Source of the DNA: Candidatus Nanohaloarchaea archaeon
GTDB lineage: Archaea > Nanohalarchaeota > Nanosalinia > Nanosalinales > Nanosalinaceae
DNA: 64,000 nucleotides
Direction of reading: 5' to 3'
Assembly: GCA_014297435.1 (NCBI GenBank)
Contig: JACOQA010000002.1
Coordinates: forward strand, 1 to 64,000
In this document: positions 39,267 through 49,399 of the stretch, in pieces
How the letters are laid out: every line of letters begins with the position of its first letter
Numbering within the stretch: position 1 is the first letter of the stretch
Notes under the pieces: generated by a model
Databases searched by the model: none
What the model saw: the letters and a program-made list of their open reading frames with translations, nothing else
Told to the model about the DNA's origin: nothing
Position numbers and translations under genes: made by a program

Positions 39267-39764
39267 ATGGGAGATAAGACCACTATCAACACTTTGGTGG
39301 AAGGAGGCGCAGCCTCCGCAGGACCTCCCCTCGGACCTGAACTAGGTCCACTACCTACGGATGTAGGCGAGGTCGTGTCAGAAATAAACCAGAAAACCAG
39401 TGATTTCGAAGGAATGGAAGTACCTGTCGACGTTATTGTCGATGAGGATACAGGCGATTTCGAGGTAGAAGTCGGAAAGCCGCCTGCAGCCCAGCTCATC
39501 TTTGACGAGCTAGGTATTGACGGAGGTTCCGGAGAACCGAACAAAACGAAAGTTGCGGACATGGAGTTCGAGACCGCATGCAAGGTTGCGAGGATGAAAG
39601 CTTCCGACCTTCTTGCTATGGATCTCAGAGGTGCAGTCAAAGAGATCATCGGTTCAGCCGACTCCGCAGGCATCACAATCGACGGAAAAGATGCCAGACA
39701 GGTACAGCAGGAAATAAGCGAAGGAAAGTACGATGACCGCCTTGAAGCGGAGGAAGGAATCTAG
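39267..39764 (+). CDS. rpl11: 50S ribosomal protein uL11
   Basis: GGAASAGPPLGPELGP, GMEVPV. Confidence 0.97.
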   Translation: MGDKTTINTLVEGGAASAGPPLGPELGPLPTDVGEVVSEINQKTSDFEGMEVPVDVIVDEDTGDFEVEVGKPPAAQLIFDELGIDGGSGEPNKTKVADMEFETACKVARMKASDLLAMDLRGAVKEIIGSADSAGITIDGKDARQVQQEISEGKYDDRLEAEEGI

Positions 39765-39776
39765 AGGTGACCAAGA

Positions 39777-40400
39777 ATGAACTTTGAACAAGCAGTAGAA
39801 GAAGCAGTCGACGTATCCGACGAAAGAGGTTTCAAGGAGTCTGTCGACATGGTTATCAACTTCAAAGGACTAGATCTTTCCGATCCTGAAAACCGTTTCA
39901 ACGAAGACATCAAGCTTCCTTACCAGGCGGACGAAGAAGTAAAGATCGCAGTGATTGGAGACACCATCACAAACGACGCGGACAACGCCGACAGGAAGAT
40001 TTCAAAGGATGAACTCGAGGAAATGTTCGAGGATCCTTCGAAAGCCAAGGACTTGGCTGAAGAGTTCTCATTCCTACTTGCTGAGGCACCTCTGATGCCT
40101 AAGATCGGTCAGCAGCTAGGACAGGTCTTCGGACCTAGAAACATGATGCCTGACCCGGTACAGCCCGGAGAAGACCCTTCGGACGAGATCGAGTCTTTGA
40201 GAAACACAGTTACTCTCAGACTAAAGGAGTCTCCTCTACTCCAGCTAAAAATTGGTAACGAGGAGCAGGATCTCGACCAGGTCGAAAGAAACGCTTCCGC
40301 AGTCTATGATTTTGTGGAAGGACAGCTACCTCAGGGACAGAACAACATCAAATCAGTTATGATAAAGACCACTATGGGTCCGACAGTGGAGGTGGAGTAA
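39777..40400 (+). CDS. rpl1: 50S ribosomal protein uL1
   Basis: FKESVD, LGQVFGPRNMMP, IKTTMGP; SD GAGGTGA. Confidence 0.97.
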   Translation: MNFEQAVEEAVDVSDERGFKESVDMVINFKGLDLSDPENRFNEDIKLPYQADEEVKIAVIGDTITNDADNADRKISKDELEEMFEDPSKAKDLAEEFSFLLAEAPLMPKIGQQLGQVFGPRNMMPDPVQPGEDPSDEIESLRNTVTLRLKESPLLQLKIGNEEQDLDQVERNASAVYDFVEGQLPQGQNNIKSVMIKTTMGPTVEVE

Positions 40401-40401
40401 G

Positions 40402-41361
40402 ATGGTGCAGCCAACCCCGAAGAAGCTTTCAAGAAGCCAGAAAGAAGAACTTGTAGAAAAAATGGCAGAGCAGATCGAGGAGAAACCTGTCGTAGGTATT
40501 CTCGACATGCAGAGCCTTCCAGCGAAGCAGCTCCAAGAGATCAAGAAGGAGATGAAAGAGTTCGCAAGCGTACAGATGCAGAGAAAGACCTTGATGAAGC
40601 TTGCAATCGAACAGGCAGACAGAGACGGCATCGACCAGCTTGAAGACAACGATGCTATCCAGCCAGCATTCATCTTCTCTGAAAAGGATCCTTTCCAGCT
40701 CTACAGCTTGATCCAGAACAACAAATCAAGTGCAGCCGCTGACGGCGGAGAAACAGCTCCTAACGACATCGAAGTTCCTGAAGGAGACACAGGGATCGGT
40801 CCAGGACCGATGCTTGGAAAGCTTCAGGGCGCAGGACTACAGGTTCAAGTCGATGATGGATCAATCCACGTCCAGAAACCTGGCGTAATCGTTGAAACCG
40901 GAGAAACAATCACAGAGGACGACGCCGAAATTTTGAACCAGATCGGTATCGAACCGCTAGAAATCGGTCTCGATCTTGATATTGCGTTCAGCGAAGGAGA
41001 GATCTTTACAGCTGAAGAGCTTGACATCGACACCGAGCAGTACAGAGCAGATGTTGAAGCCGCAGCCTCACAGGCATTCAATCTTGCGGTCAACGCAGGA
41101 GTTGTCAACGAGACAACAATCGAAACGATCGTCTCGGAAGCAGCAAAGAAGGCAAAGAACGTTTCGATCAGCGAAGGAATCCCAACGGAAGAAACGATCG
41201 AAGAGATTTTGGCATACGCATCTTCGAACGCAGAGGGAGTCGACTCACAGGTCGACCTCGACTCCGTTGAAATAGAGACAGAAGATGAAGGAACTGAAGA
41301 GGAAGGAAGCGAGGAGGACAACAAAGAAGAATCCTCGGAAGAAGACAAGTCAGAAGAGTAA
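40402..41361 (+). CDS. rpl10: 50S ribosomal protein uL10 (P0)
   Basis: LPAKQLQEI, GDTGIGPGP, IEPLEIGL, acidic tail. Confidence 0.96.
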   Translation: MVQPTPKKLSRSQKEELVEKMAEQIEEKPVVGILDMQSLPAKQLQEIKKEMKEFASVQMQRKTLMKLAIEQADRDGIDQLEDNDAIQPAFIFSEKDPFQLYSLIQNNKSSAAADGGETAPNDIEVPEGDTGIGPGPMLGKLQGAGLQVQVDDGSIHVQKPGVIVETGETITEDDAEILNQIGIEPLEIGLDLDIAFSEGEIFTAEELDIDTEQYRADVEAAASQAFNLAVNAGVVNETTIETIVSEAAKKAKNVSISEGIPTEETIEEILAYASSNAEGVDSQVDLDSVEIETEDEGTEEEGSEEDNKEESSEEDKSEE

Positions 41362-41443
41362 GGGTGCTACTCCCTTCTCCGAATTTCTTCTTTTCTTAAC
41401 GTATTCAAAGGATTTTTATTCGACCAAATAAACCGTGTTATTA

Positions 41444-44266
41444 ATGCCTACTACCAGAGTAATCGCTTTTTCATTCCTTACTGCAGCACTTCTAGCATTC
41501 TCCAGCTCAGCTTCCGCACAGAATATAGATCTAGAAAGCCTGAATACCCCTAATTCATGGAGCGGCGGCGATAAAGAAGGCGATATTCTACATATAAAGG
41601 CAGATCTCAATAACCAAGATACAATCCAAACTCTTTGGTTCGGCTCTCACATAAAAGGTACTGAATCCAAAGAGCTAGCTGCCGGAGGTTCAGGACACGA
41701 ATGGAAAATGAATGGTGTAAATACACGTCAAGATGGGCGTGTCACTGAATCATACCTGAATATTGGAAGCAACACGTGCGGTCTTTACCTAGTAGAGAAT
41801 GATGGTTGGGGATATCAGCGAGGTATGGTCCAGTATGGAGAAGGAACAATTATAGATGCCGATGGTCAACTAAGAGAACGAAACACCGTAAATTACCTGC
41901 TTCAACAGGATACAGACGGAAGCGGAACCCCTGCAGTCCACGACACATTGAAAGAAACCGGTTTTAGAGGTATGTCTTTCAATAATAACCTTGACTTTAA
42001 GCAAAGCGGTCTAAAAGAAATAAGATACTCTCTTCTCTGTGCGCCTGAACAGAACACTGACTATAATTCATGGCGTACGTGTCAAGGATCTAAGACGACT
42101 CATTTCGAAGATACGGTGACCGGTGATGTTTATCTTTGTGGAAGTGGAGACGATGACTGGGAAGTTAGAGAGGGTGCTGTAGGAAGTTGTGATAACGAAG
42201 GTGAGATAAAAAGTGTGGTAGCCCGAAGCTATCTCTGTGCGCCTAATTCTGATGGCGGAGGTAGTAGCTGGACTTACTGCTCAAATAGTGTGGAAGATAA
42301 GGTAATTGACTCAACTAGATATAGCTGCAATAACAATGAATGGAGTAAAGGCTCTGGCGTATGCAACACAGGTAATACGAAGACATGGGGCTCACAACTA
42401 AAATCGTCAGTAGAAGTGATTTGTAATGAAGATAGGGATTTCAAGTCTTGTGACCATACCTCAATCAGTCAAACAGTAGATATTGAGGGAACAACTTATA
42501 CTTGTGTAGCAGAACCAAGTTCTGGAGAACACAGCTGGGAATATACATGGACTAGTTCCCCCCCATCCACCGGAGAAATCGATACCGGCGTCACAGAACC
42601 CACAATAGTATTTAGTTCACCCAACTATGAGGACGCAACCTTTAATGCATGGGATGACCGAGAAAATGGAAATCCATCACTTACTCAGCATATTTACGGT
42701 AATGATGGATGGAAACAATGTAAAAGCGATACTGAGGAAGCCGCAAGTGTAGGAACCGATCTATATTCATGCCAGGAACAAGGCAATGATTATCTCTGGC
42801 AGCCTGCCGAGGTATCCTGTGATGCTGGCGCTACGAAAGATTCTCCTGATGGAATAAACGACAATTATCTCTGTACTGGGGATAACTGGATATCCTGCAC
42901 CACCGATACTTCTGTAGATGAAACTTACGGCGGGAAAACTTTCGCTTGTAACGTGGAAGAAGGTGCTAGAGGAAGCTTTGAGACCACTGGCTTCAGTTGT
43001 GGAGATACCACAAGCATAGCAGCCAGTATCTCTGAGAACAGTTATTCAAGTTTCCCTATTGAGATAAACGGCTGTACCTCTCAGAAACACTTTGTTGTGA
43101 AGCTGAAAAGCGGACTTCACGATGTAGAGTGGAACTACAGATACAACAAGGATCTAGACAATGCGGCTGAGAACGGCGTTCAATGTCTTCACCCCGCAAG
43201 CGTTGATTGCAGGATTGAAAACTTCGATATGGAAAGAGATGGAGACGAATTCACTATAACAATAAGTAACGACGATAACTCTCTACCTTGGGGTCCCAAG
43301 GATAATCCGAAAAGCGAGGGTCAGCCCGTACCTTACGATATCTCTCTTGTAGCATATGACGGATCGACCTCGGGTACAACAGCTTGGAGAAACAGTCCTC
43401 TGACTGAAGTCTGCTCCTCAACCGGGATGTGTACCTCAAATGACGTGGTCAATGATTTAGAGACCACTGTAGGAATCGTCGAACACAGTTATGGAGAACC
43501 AATTACGTTAAGTCCGGGTCAACAAGTTCATCTCTCCGGAAAAAGCTCTCAAGTGGCCTGTGCTGAAAAAATAACGTTTGGCGGACCTACAACAAGCAGA
43601 GGAATTTACTTTGGAGATGGAACAGGTCCAAGGAATAGCTACACCCTTAATCAGATAGAAGACAGTTTACCTAGTTCCAGTAATTCGGATTCAAGTAGCG
43701 AACCAGTCGAGATAAATGTAGAGGATACATTTGCGGAGACAAGCAACGTAGTAACATTTGCGAGAGACACAACGATCGAAGTCTTAGGCTATACAAATCA
43801 GGGATCCGACAATCAAAGGCTTAGAATTAGACCTGTTTGTAATGAAGGAAGCGGTTCAGGTTCCGAATCCGGGGAGTCAGGTTCAGATGATTCAGCTCCA
43901 GGCTCCACGGTTGTAACTTCCTTTGAAAGTACAGATGAAGCATGGGCTGAAGCTTGTGTAGATGGTGCAGATTACGGATCATCGGACGAAAACAGTGATT
44001 CGGAGCAGTCAGATGACTCAGGCGGTTCTGATTTCTGTGAATCCGAAGATTCTCAAATCACGGTCGATGAGATTGTATCCACTTTGAGACCGTGCATAAG
44101 TGGAAATATGCCAAAAGATAAATCGCCGGCTTATACCGACATGGGATGTTATGAAATACTGAAAAGTTACTGTGAGAACGCCGGTACCTTGAGCTACAAT
44201 GGACCTTCATCGCTTGAAGGCGTTGAAACGAAGATCGATAACACTTGCAGCAGGGGTGGACCTTAG
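41444..44266 (+). CDS. Large secreted cysteine-rich surface protein
   Basis: Signal peptide (..AFSSSASA|Q), about 32 Cys by manual count in recurring YxC..W..C modules, Ser/Gly/Asp linkers; TTTTTATT about 25-30 nt upstream. Confidence 0.8.
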   Translation: MPTTRVIAFSFLTAALLAFSSSASAQNIDLESLNTPNSWSGGDKEGDILHIKADLNNQDTIQTLWFGSHIKGTESKELAAGGSGHEWKMNGVNTRQDGRVTESYLNIGSNTCGLYLVENDGWGYQRGMVQYGEGTIIDADGQLRERNTVNYLLQQDTDGSGTPAVHDTLKETGFRGMSFNNNLDFKQSGLKEIRYSLLCAPEQNTDYNSWRTCQGSKTTHFEDTVTGDVYLCGSGDDDWEVREGAVGSCDNEGEIKSVVARSYLCAPNSDGGGSSWTYCSNSVEDKVIDSTRYSCNNNEWSKGSGVCNTGNTKTWGSQLKSSVEVICNEDRDFKSCDHTSISQTVDIEGTTYTCVAEPSSGEHSWEYTWTSSPPSTGEIDTGVTEPTIVFSSPNYEDATFNAWDDRENGNPSLTQHIYGNDGWKQCKSDTEEAASVGTDLYSCQEQGNDYLWQPAEVSCDAGATKDSPDGINDNYLCTGDNWISCTTDTSVDETYGGKTFACNVEEGARGSFETTGFSCGDTTSIAASISENSYSSFPIEINGCTSQKHFVVKLKSGLHDVEWNYRYNKDLDNAAENGVQCLHPASVDCRIENFDMERDGDEFTITISNDDNSLPWGPKDNPKSEGQPVPYDISLVAYDGSTSGTTAWRNSPLTEVCSSTGMCTSNDVVNDLETTVGIVEHSYGEPITLSPGQQVHLSGKSSQVACAEKITFGGPTTSRGIYFGDGTGPRNSYTLNQIEDSLPSSSNSDSSSEPVEINVEDTFAETSNVVTFARDTTIEVLGYTNQGSDNQRLRIRPVCNEGSGSGSESGESGSDDSAPGSTVVTSFESTDEAWAEACVDGADYGSSDENSDSEQSDDSGGSDFCESEDSQITVDEIVSTLRPCISGNMPKDKSPAYTDMGCYEILKSYCENAGTLSYNGPSSLEGVETKIDNTCSRGGP

Positions 44267-44529
44267 TGAATAGAACAATAGGACTTCTACTTTCGTTCAT
44301 GGTGATGATGCTTATTGCCGTAACGGTGTTATCGGCATCAACCGGTTTTCTGTCTGACTTCGGCGATTCCGGAGATAATATCCAGGACACGGGCTGTAAC
44401 TTCCAGCAGGGACAAAACGCTGATTACGAGGATTTGAGCGATGACTGCAAGCCGGAATCAGAGCAAGATTATCATTACGGACAGGCATATTCTCTGGCTG
44501 CTGGCGGTCAGTCTGAAGATGGTGGTTGA
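44266..44529 (+). CDS. Small pilin-like membrane-anchored protein
   Basis: GTG overlapping upstream TAG (TAGTG) after GGGGTGG; hydrophobic N-terminal helix, two Cys. Confidence 0.55.
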   Translation: MNRTIGLLLSFMVMMLIAVTVLSASTGFLSDFGDSGDNIQDTGCNFQQGQNADYEDLSDDCKPESEQDYHYGQAYSLAAGGQSEDGG

Positions 44530-45203
44530 AATCTTTGAACTGACTGCTTCAGGATTTCCTCCATCTCTTTCTCATCGTTCCTCTCGATCGCAAGTCGGTA
44601 CTTTTTGTCCATCGAGTAAAGCTCTCCTTTGAAATCTTGGACTTTGATTTCTGTGCTGTTAACAAGCATTTTCCCGTTTTTGAACTCTCCTTTCTCATCA
44701 AAGAGTGCTGCTAATTCAGTTCTGTAGTTCTGTTTTTTGAGAATCTCCTGTAGGAGTTTGGGGTAGCGTAGCTCGTAGGCATCTCTGCTGTAAATTTTGT
44801 AGGGTATTTCTCCGAGCTGTTCAAGTAATTCTTTGAAGCGTTCGAGGAGCGATCTTTCCTGCGTGCGGTACACGGGTGTTCCTTCTTTGTTCACTGAGGC
44901 TGATGCGCTTATCCTTGTTAAAAGTTCAGAACTTGGTTCAAGTGGAAGTTTGAGCTTCAAGGGTTTTGCGTTCGAGCCTGCTTTCAATGCTTCTACTTTG
45001 AAGTCGTTGAGAAGTTGGTTGACAAATTTGAGTGGTATGAAGCAGTCCTTTGATCTCCAGTTGTACAGTTTGGTCCTTGAGAAATCTGTCTTTTTTGCGG
45101 TTGCGGTTACACTTTCTTTTTCTACTTTGTTCCAGAGTCTTTCTTCATCGTTCTCTGAAAGTTTAATTCTCGTGTTTTTGGGTAGGTCGCTGACCTCAAT
45201 CAT
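44508..45203 (-). CDS. HTH + degenerate LAGLIDADG-like domain protein
   Basis: TATAKKTDFSRTKLYNWR (HTH), then LPLEPSSELLTRI...EG..VYRTQERSLLERFKELLEQLG..YELRYP; basic, unlike the host proteome. Confidence 0.55.
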   Translation of the reverse strand: MIEVSDLPKNTRIKLSENDEERLWNKVEKESVTATAKKTDFSRTKLYNWRSKDCFIPLKFVNQLLNDFKVEALKAGSNAKPLKLKLPLEPSSELLTRISASASVNKEGTPVYRTQERSLLERFKELLEQLGEIPYKIYSRDAYELRYPKLLQEILKKQNYRTELAALFDEKGEFKNGKMLVNSTEIKVQDFKGELYSMDKKYRLAIERNDEKEMEEILKQSVQRFQPPSSD

Positions 45204-45273
45204 CTGTACTGATCTATGTGGAGAGTCTTTTTAAGAGTCATATCCTCTTTCTCGGGTATAAGGTGAATCAATT

Positions 45274-45585
45274 ATGGAACTAGTATACGCAGCACTTACA
45301 CTACACGAAGCAGGTAAAGAAGTAAACGAAGACAACCTAAACGAGATCGTCGACGCAGCAGATCTAGATGTCGAAGACTCCGAGATCGCAGCACTAGTCG
45401 CAGCACTCGAAGACGTCGATATCGAAGAAGCTATGGAGACGGCAGTTGCAGCAGGCGGCGCAGCCGCAGCACCAGCAGGCGGAGACGAAGAGGCTGAATC
45501 CGAAGAAGAGGAAGCAGAAGAAGAGGAAGAAGAGGACGAAGCTGACGAGGACGAAGCAGCTGAAGGACTTGGAAGCATGTTCTAA
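45274..45585 (+). CDS. rpl12: 50S ribosomal protein P1/L12
   Basis: MELVYAALTLH, ALVAALE.VDIEE, Ala hinge, acidic tail ending GLGSMF. Confidence 0.97.
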   Translation: MELVYAALTLHEAGKEVNEDNLNEIVDAADLDVEDSEIAALVAALEDVDIEEAMETAVAAGGAAAAPAGGDEEAESEEEEAEEEEEEDEADEDEAAEGLGSMF

Positions 45586-45599
45586 GTCCAAACCAGTTC

Positions 45600-45630
45600 T
45601 TCCACATTTTATTCCTTTCTTTCATTCTCT
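45600..45630 (+). terminator. Oligo-T/pyrimidine tract after rpl12
   Basis: TTTTATTCCTTTCTTTCATTCTCT directly after the stop. Confidence 0.5.
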
Positions 45631-45669
45631 CCAAGTTTTTAAACAGTTGAACGTTAATTAGATACTGAT

Positions 45670-46527
45670 ATGTCCCTAGATATTGTGGACACGATTAAAT
45701 CAACTTTCGGAAGATTCAAAACCGGCGCAGGTCTAGGCGTACTAGGAATAGTCCTAGTGCTCGGACTTTTAGGACTTGGATTCACCTTCGTGCTACCCGA
45801 CCTAGTTTCGATGGGCGGCGCAGGAATCCTAGCAGCCGGAATCGCAGCCGTTGTAATGGGCATTATCGGCCTTGTAGTAACAGTGGGTGCGATCAGAAGC
45901 CTTGAATCAGGCAGTCTTGATGTAGAGAACTTTACATCGAACGTTGTAAGACCTTCACTAAGCTACATTGGAGCTTACATAGTAATAGCTGTCTTCACGT
46001 TCATTGCTCTAATAATCGGCAGCTTCGCAATCGGCGCAGTAGCCGTTGTACTGGCTCAGCTTGGAGTAGTTGAGATGATAGGTATTTCAACACTGATGAG
46101 CCTTGCACCGACACTTGGAGCGATCGCAGCAGGAGTCGCAGGTCTTTTCGCGCTATATCCTCTTCTAACGCTTTCGATCTCGGTCCCTAGGATCGCGGTC
46201 GACGACGAGAGGATGTTCGAAGCGCTTGACAACTCAGTTGTAACCACTAGTGGTTCGAAGCTGGCTATGTTCCTAGCCTCACTTCCAATCCTAGTGCTTT
46301 ACATCGTCAATAGGGCGACAGCGAACATGGCAGTTCCATCCTCACAGATGGCTGGAACAACAGGACAGCTAGGAGCACAGTACGGCAGCCAGATGCCATC
46401 ACAGAGTTTAAGCTCTATGATGACACCTGAACTAGGACCGGCGATTGTAATGATCGTTGTCGGAGCATTCTTCACTACTTCGCTCTACTCGTTCCTAGTC
46501 GAGCTGAACCAGAGACTTCCGGAGTAA
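45670..46527 (+). CDS. Multi-pass membrane protein
   Basis: Six or more hydrophobic segments, EALDNS..T.G motif. Confidence 0.8.
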   Translation: MSLDIVDTIKSTFGRFKTGAGLGVLGIVLVLGLLGLGFTFVLPDLVSMGGAGILAAGIAAVVMGIIGLVVTVGAIRSLESGSLDVENFTSNVVRPSLSYIGAYIVIAVFTFIALIIGSFAIGAVAVVLAQLGVVEMIGISTLMSLAPTLGAIAAGVAGLFALYPLLTLSISVPRIAVDDERMFEALDNSVVTTSGSKLAMFLASLPILVLYIVNRATANMAVPSSQMAGTTGQLGAQYGSQMPSQSLSSMMTPELGPAIVMIVVGAFFTTSLYSFLVELNQRLPE

Positions 46528-46600
46528 AAACAACATTTCCATTTCTTTCTCTTTTTCTCAGACCTACACGATAAAAAATTTCCCGAGAACCTAGGTTGTT

Positions 46601-49399
46601 ATGAAAGGTCTCGAGCAGTTAAAGAAAGAGATAAAGGAGGAAGCATCCGACAACCCTGAAAAGTTCTTCGCTACTGACGTTCTTAGAGAGAAAGGGTTCT
46701 CGAGAGCCGAATGTGAGAACTGCGGCATGTACTTCTGGTCAGCGGATGAAGAAAGAAATGTCTGCGGCGAACCGGAATGCTCAGGCGGTTATACGTTCAT
46801 TAATGATTCTCCCTCTGAGAAGAATTTGAACTATGTAGAGACCTGGAAAGAATTTTCTGGTTTTATGGAGGAAAGAGGCTACCACTCCATTCCACGCTAT
46901 CCTACAATTGCTAGATGGAGAGATGATGAAGAGTTTACAGGAGCCTCGATTTACTGTTTCCAGCCCTACGTTGTTTCAGGGGAGGCAGAACCCCCAGCAC
47001 CGGAACTGGTAATTCCTCAACCGTGCCTAAGATTCAACGATGTTGATAACGTCGGTATTACCGGAAGACATTATACTAATTTTATCATGGTCGGTCAGGC
47101 ATGTTTCCAGCCACCTGAAAACTATGATCAGGATCGTTACTTCCGCGATATGTTCGAATACGTTACTGAAAGCCTTCAGATACCTGAAGAAAAACTGGTT
47201 TTACACGAGGACTCTTGGGGTGGCGGAGGAAATCTCGGGGCCTCGATGGAGTTCTTTGTCGACGGTCTAGAACTTTTTAACCAGGTCTACATGTTCTACG
47301 AGATCACCCACAACGGTTACGAGGAACTGGACCAGAGAGTGCTTGACATGGGAATGGGTCAGAACCGGATCACCTGGATCATGAACGGTACGGAGACCAG
47401 CTATGAGTCGGTAATGCATGAAACTGTGAAGAAGATGAAAGAAAGGACAGGACTCGAGGTCAATCAAGAGGTCTGGCAGAAGTTCCTTCCACACAGCTCC
47501 GAGCTTAACGTCGATGAAGTCGAGGATATCGACGATAAATGGAGAGAGATTGCTTCGGAGATAGAGGAAGATGTTGACGAACTAAAGGAATATATTAAGC
47601 CGTCTGCAGCTCTTTACTCAATCGCAGACCATACAAGAGCTTTACTTTTTGCTTTAGCGGATGGAAAGCTTCCTTCCAACACAGGAGGAGGTCACAACCT
47701 TAGAATGATCTTCAGAAGATCTATGGACTTCATCGAGAAATACGACTGGGATCTCGAGTTGACAGAGGTAGCGGAATGGCACGCAGAAGAGCTAAAGCCT
47801 TTGTTCCCAGAACTCGAGGAGAAACTACCGGAAGTTAAGGAGATAATTGAAGTCGAGAAAGAGAAATACGAGAAGTCACGGACGAACGCCGTAAAGAGAC
47901 TGAAGAAGATAAATGACCAGCCTTCAGTCGAGGAGATGGTCGAGCTTTACGAAAGCCACGGTGTTTCACCTGAAATGATGGAGGAGCACGGTTTCGAGGT
48001 GCCTGAAGACTTTTACTCTCGGATCGCATCTGAAGACGAACAGGTTAAACAGGAGGAGGAAAAGTTCGATCTTTCGGACGTTGAGAAGACCGAACTATTG
48101 TTTTACAAGAATGAGAAGCAGAGAGAGTTCGAGGCAGAGATAATCGGGGAGAGAAACAAATGGATCATACTCGATAGAACCTGTTTCTACCCTGAAGGCG
48201 GAGGTCAGGATCCTGACCACGGAACACTGAAAGTGGAAGACGGAGAGTTCGAAGTAACTGATGTCCAGAAACAGGACAATATTGTTCTACACAAAGTTTC
48301 GCGGAACAGCGAAGGAGGTCTGCCCAAGGTCGGTCAAACTGTTAAAGGAGTTATTGACTGGGATAGAAGGCTTCAGTTGATGCAGCACCATACTTCGACA
48401 CACCTGGTTAACGGCGCAGCAAAAAGTGTGTTAGGCGATCATATCTGGCAGGCAGGAGCTCACAAAACCATTGAGAAGGGAAGACTCGACGTAACACATT
48501 ACGAGAAGCTTTCGAGAGATAAGCTGGATGAGATAGAGGAAGAAGTGAGGGAAACCATCATGGGAGACCTTAATGTTGAGAAACAGGTCTTGGAGAAGTC
48601 TGTTGCCGAGGAAAAGTATGGTTTCCGGATCTACCAAGGAGGTGCACCTCCAGGAAACGAGGTAAGAATCGTTACGATCAAAGACGGAGATGAAATATTC
48701 GATGTCGAGGCGTGCGGCGGAACACATCTTGAATCTGCCTCCGAGGCCGACTGGTTTGTTGTAACCGGTTCTACCAAGGTTCAGGACGGCGTTATCAGGC
48801 TTAACTACAAGGCAGGAGAAGCCGCACAGAGCTACGTGCAGAAGGTTGAAGACCGGGTCGAGCGGATCGCGGAAAGGCTTGGAGCCAAAGAACATTCTGA
48901 CTTTAGAGAGGTTCAGAGAGAGCTTGAAACTGTTTTCTCTGTTGAACCAGACCAGTTGGAAAACACGGTTGATAACTTCCTCGAAGATCTTGACTCCTTA
49001 GAAACCAAGATAAGAAAGCTCGAACGCTACCTTGAGACAGATACGGAACTTGAAACACTTGAAGGAGAAACAATAGTGGAGAGAGCTAACTCGGTTTTCG
49101 AGGTTAGGAAGGAAAGAGAGAAACAGCTCGAAGAACTAGAATCAGAATTAGAATCTTACGTCCATCAACTGATGGAGGATCGTAGGGTTGAGGAAGAGGT
49201 TCCGACCTCGAACGTCGGCTTGTTGATCCAGATCGCGAGAAAACTAGCTAAAAAGGAATCTGCTTCAGTAACACTTCTAGGCGAGAAAGGTGCTGTATCG
49301 GCTTCGTACCATGAAGATTTCGATGCGGATGAGAACCTTGAGAAGTACTCGGAAAATGTTCAGGGCGATGAGAACTTCGCGAAAGCCTTCGATATCTAG
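46601..49399 (+). CDS. alaS: Alanyl-tRNA synthetase (archaeal type)
   Basis: ARWRDD, ASIYCFQP, QPCLRFND.DNVG.TGRH, ADHTR, HHTSTH and ACGGTH editing motifs. Confidence 0.97.
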   Translation: MKGLEQLKKEIKEEASDNPEKFFATDVLREKGFSRAECENCGMYFWSADEERNVCGEPECSGGYTFINDSPSEKNLNYVETWKEFSGFMEERGYHSIPRYPTIARWRDDEEFTGASIYCFQPYVVSGEAEPPAPELVIPQPCLRFNDVDNVGITGRHYTNFIMVGQACFQPPENYDQDRYFRDMFEYVTESLQIPEEKLVLHEDSWGGGGNLGASMEFFVDGLELFNQVYMFYEITHNGYEELDQRVLDMGMGQNRITWIMNGTETSYESVMHETVKKMKERTGLEVNQEVWQKFLPHSSELNVDEVEDIDDKWREIASEIEEDVDELKEYIKPSAALYSIADHTRALLFALADGKLPSNTGGGHNLRMIFRRSMDFIEKYDWDLELTEVAEWHAEELKPLFPELEEKLPEVKEIIEVEKEKYEKSRTNAVKRLKKINDQPSVEEMVELYESHGVSPEMMEEHGFEVPEDFYSRIASEDEQVKQEEEKFDLSDVEKTELLFYKNEKQREFEAEIIGERNKWIILDRTCFYPEGGGQDPDHGTLKVEDGEFEVTDVQKQDNIVLHKVSRNSEGGLPKVGQTVKGVIDWDRRLQLMQHHTSTHLVNGAAKSVLGDHIWQAGAHKTIEKGRLDVTHYEKLSRDKLDEIEEEVRETIMGDLNVEKQVLEKSVAEEKYGFRIYQGGAPPGNEVRIVTIKDGDEIFDVEACGGTHLESASEADWFVVTGSTKVQDGVIRLNYKAGEAAQSYVQKVEDRVERIAERLGAKEHSDFREVQRELETVFSVEPDQLENTVDNFLEDLDSLETKIRKLERYLETDTELETLEGETIVERANSVFEVRKEREKQLEELESELESYVHQLMEDRRVEEEVPTSNVGLLIQIARKLAKKESASVTLLGEKGAVSASYHEDFDADENLEKYSENVQGDENFAKAFDI

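Noticed and set aside
45460-45570. GAAGAG/GCAGCA low-complexity repeats
   Set aside because: Ordinary Ala hinge and acidic tail of P1/L12; not a CRISPR or satellite
31766-49399. Inteins or introns in leuS, ftsZ, alaS
   Set aside because: Lengths and motifs are continuous and normal; no intein termini
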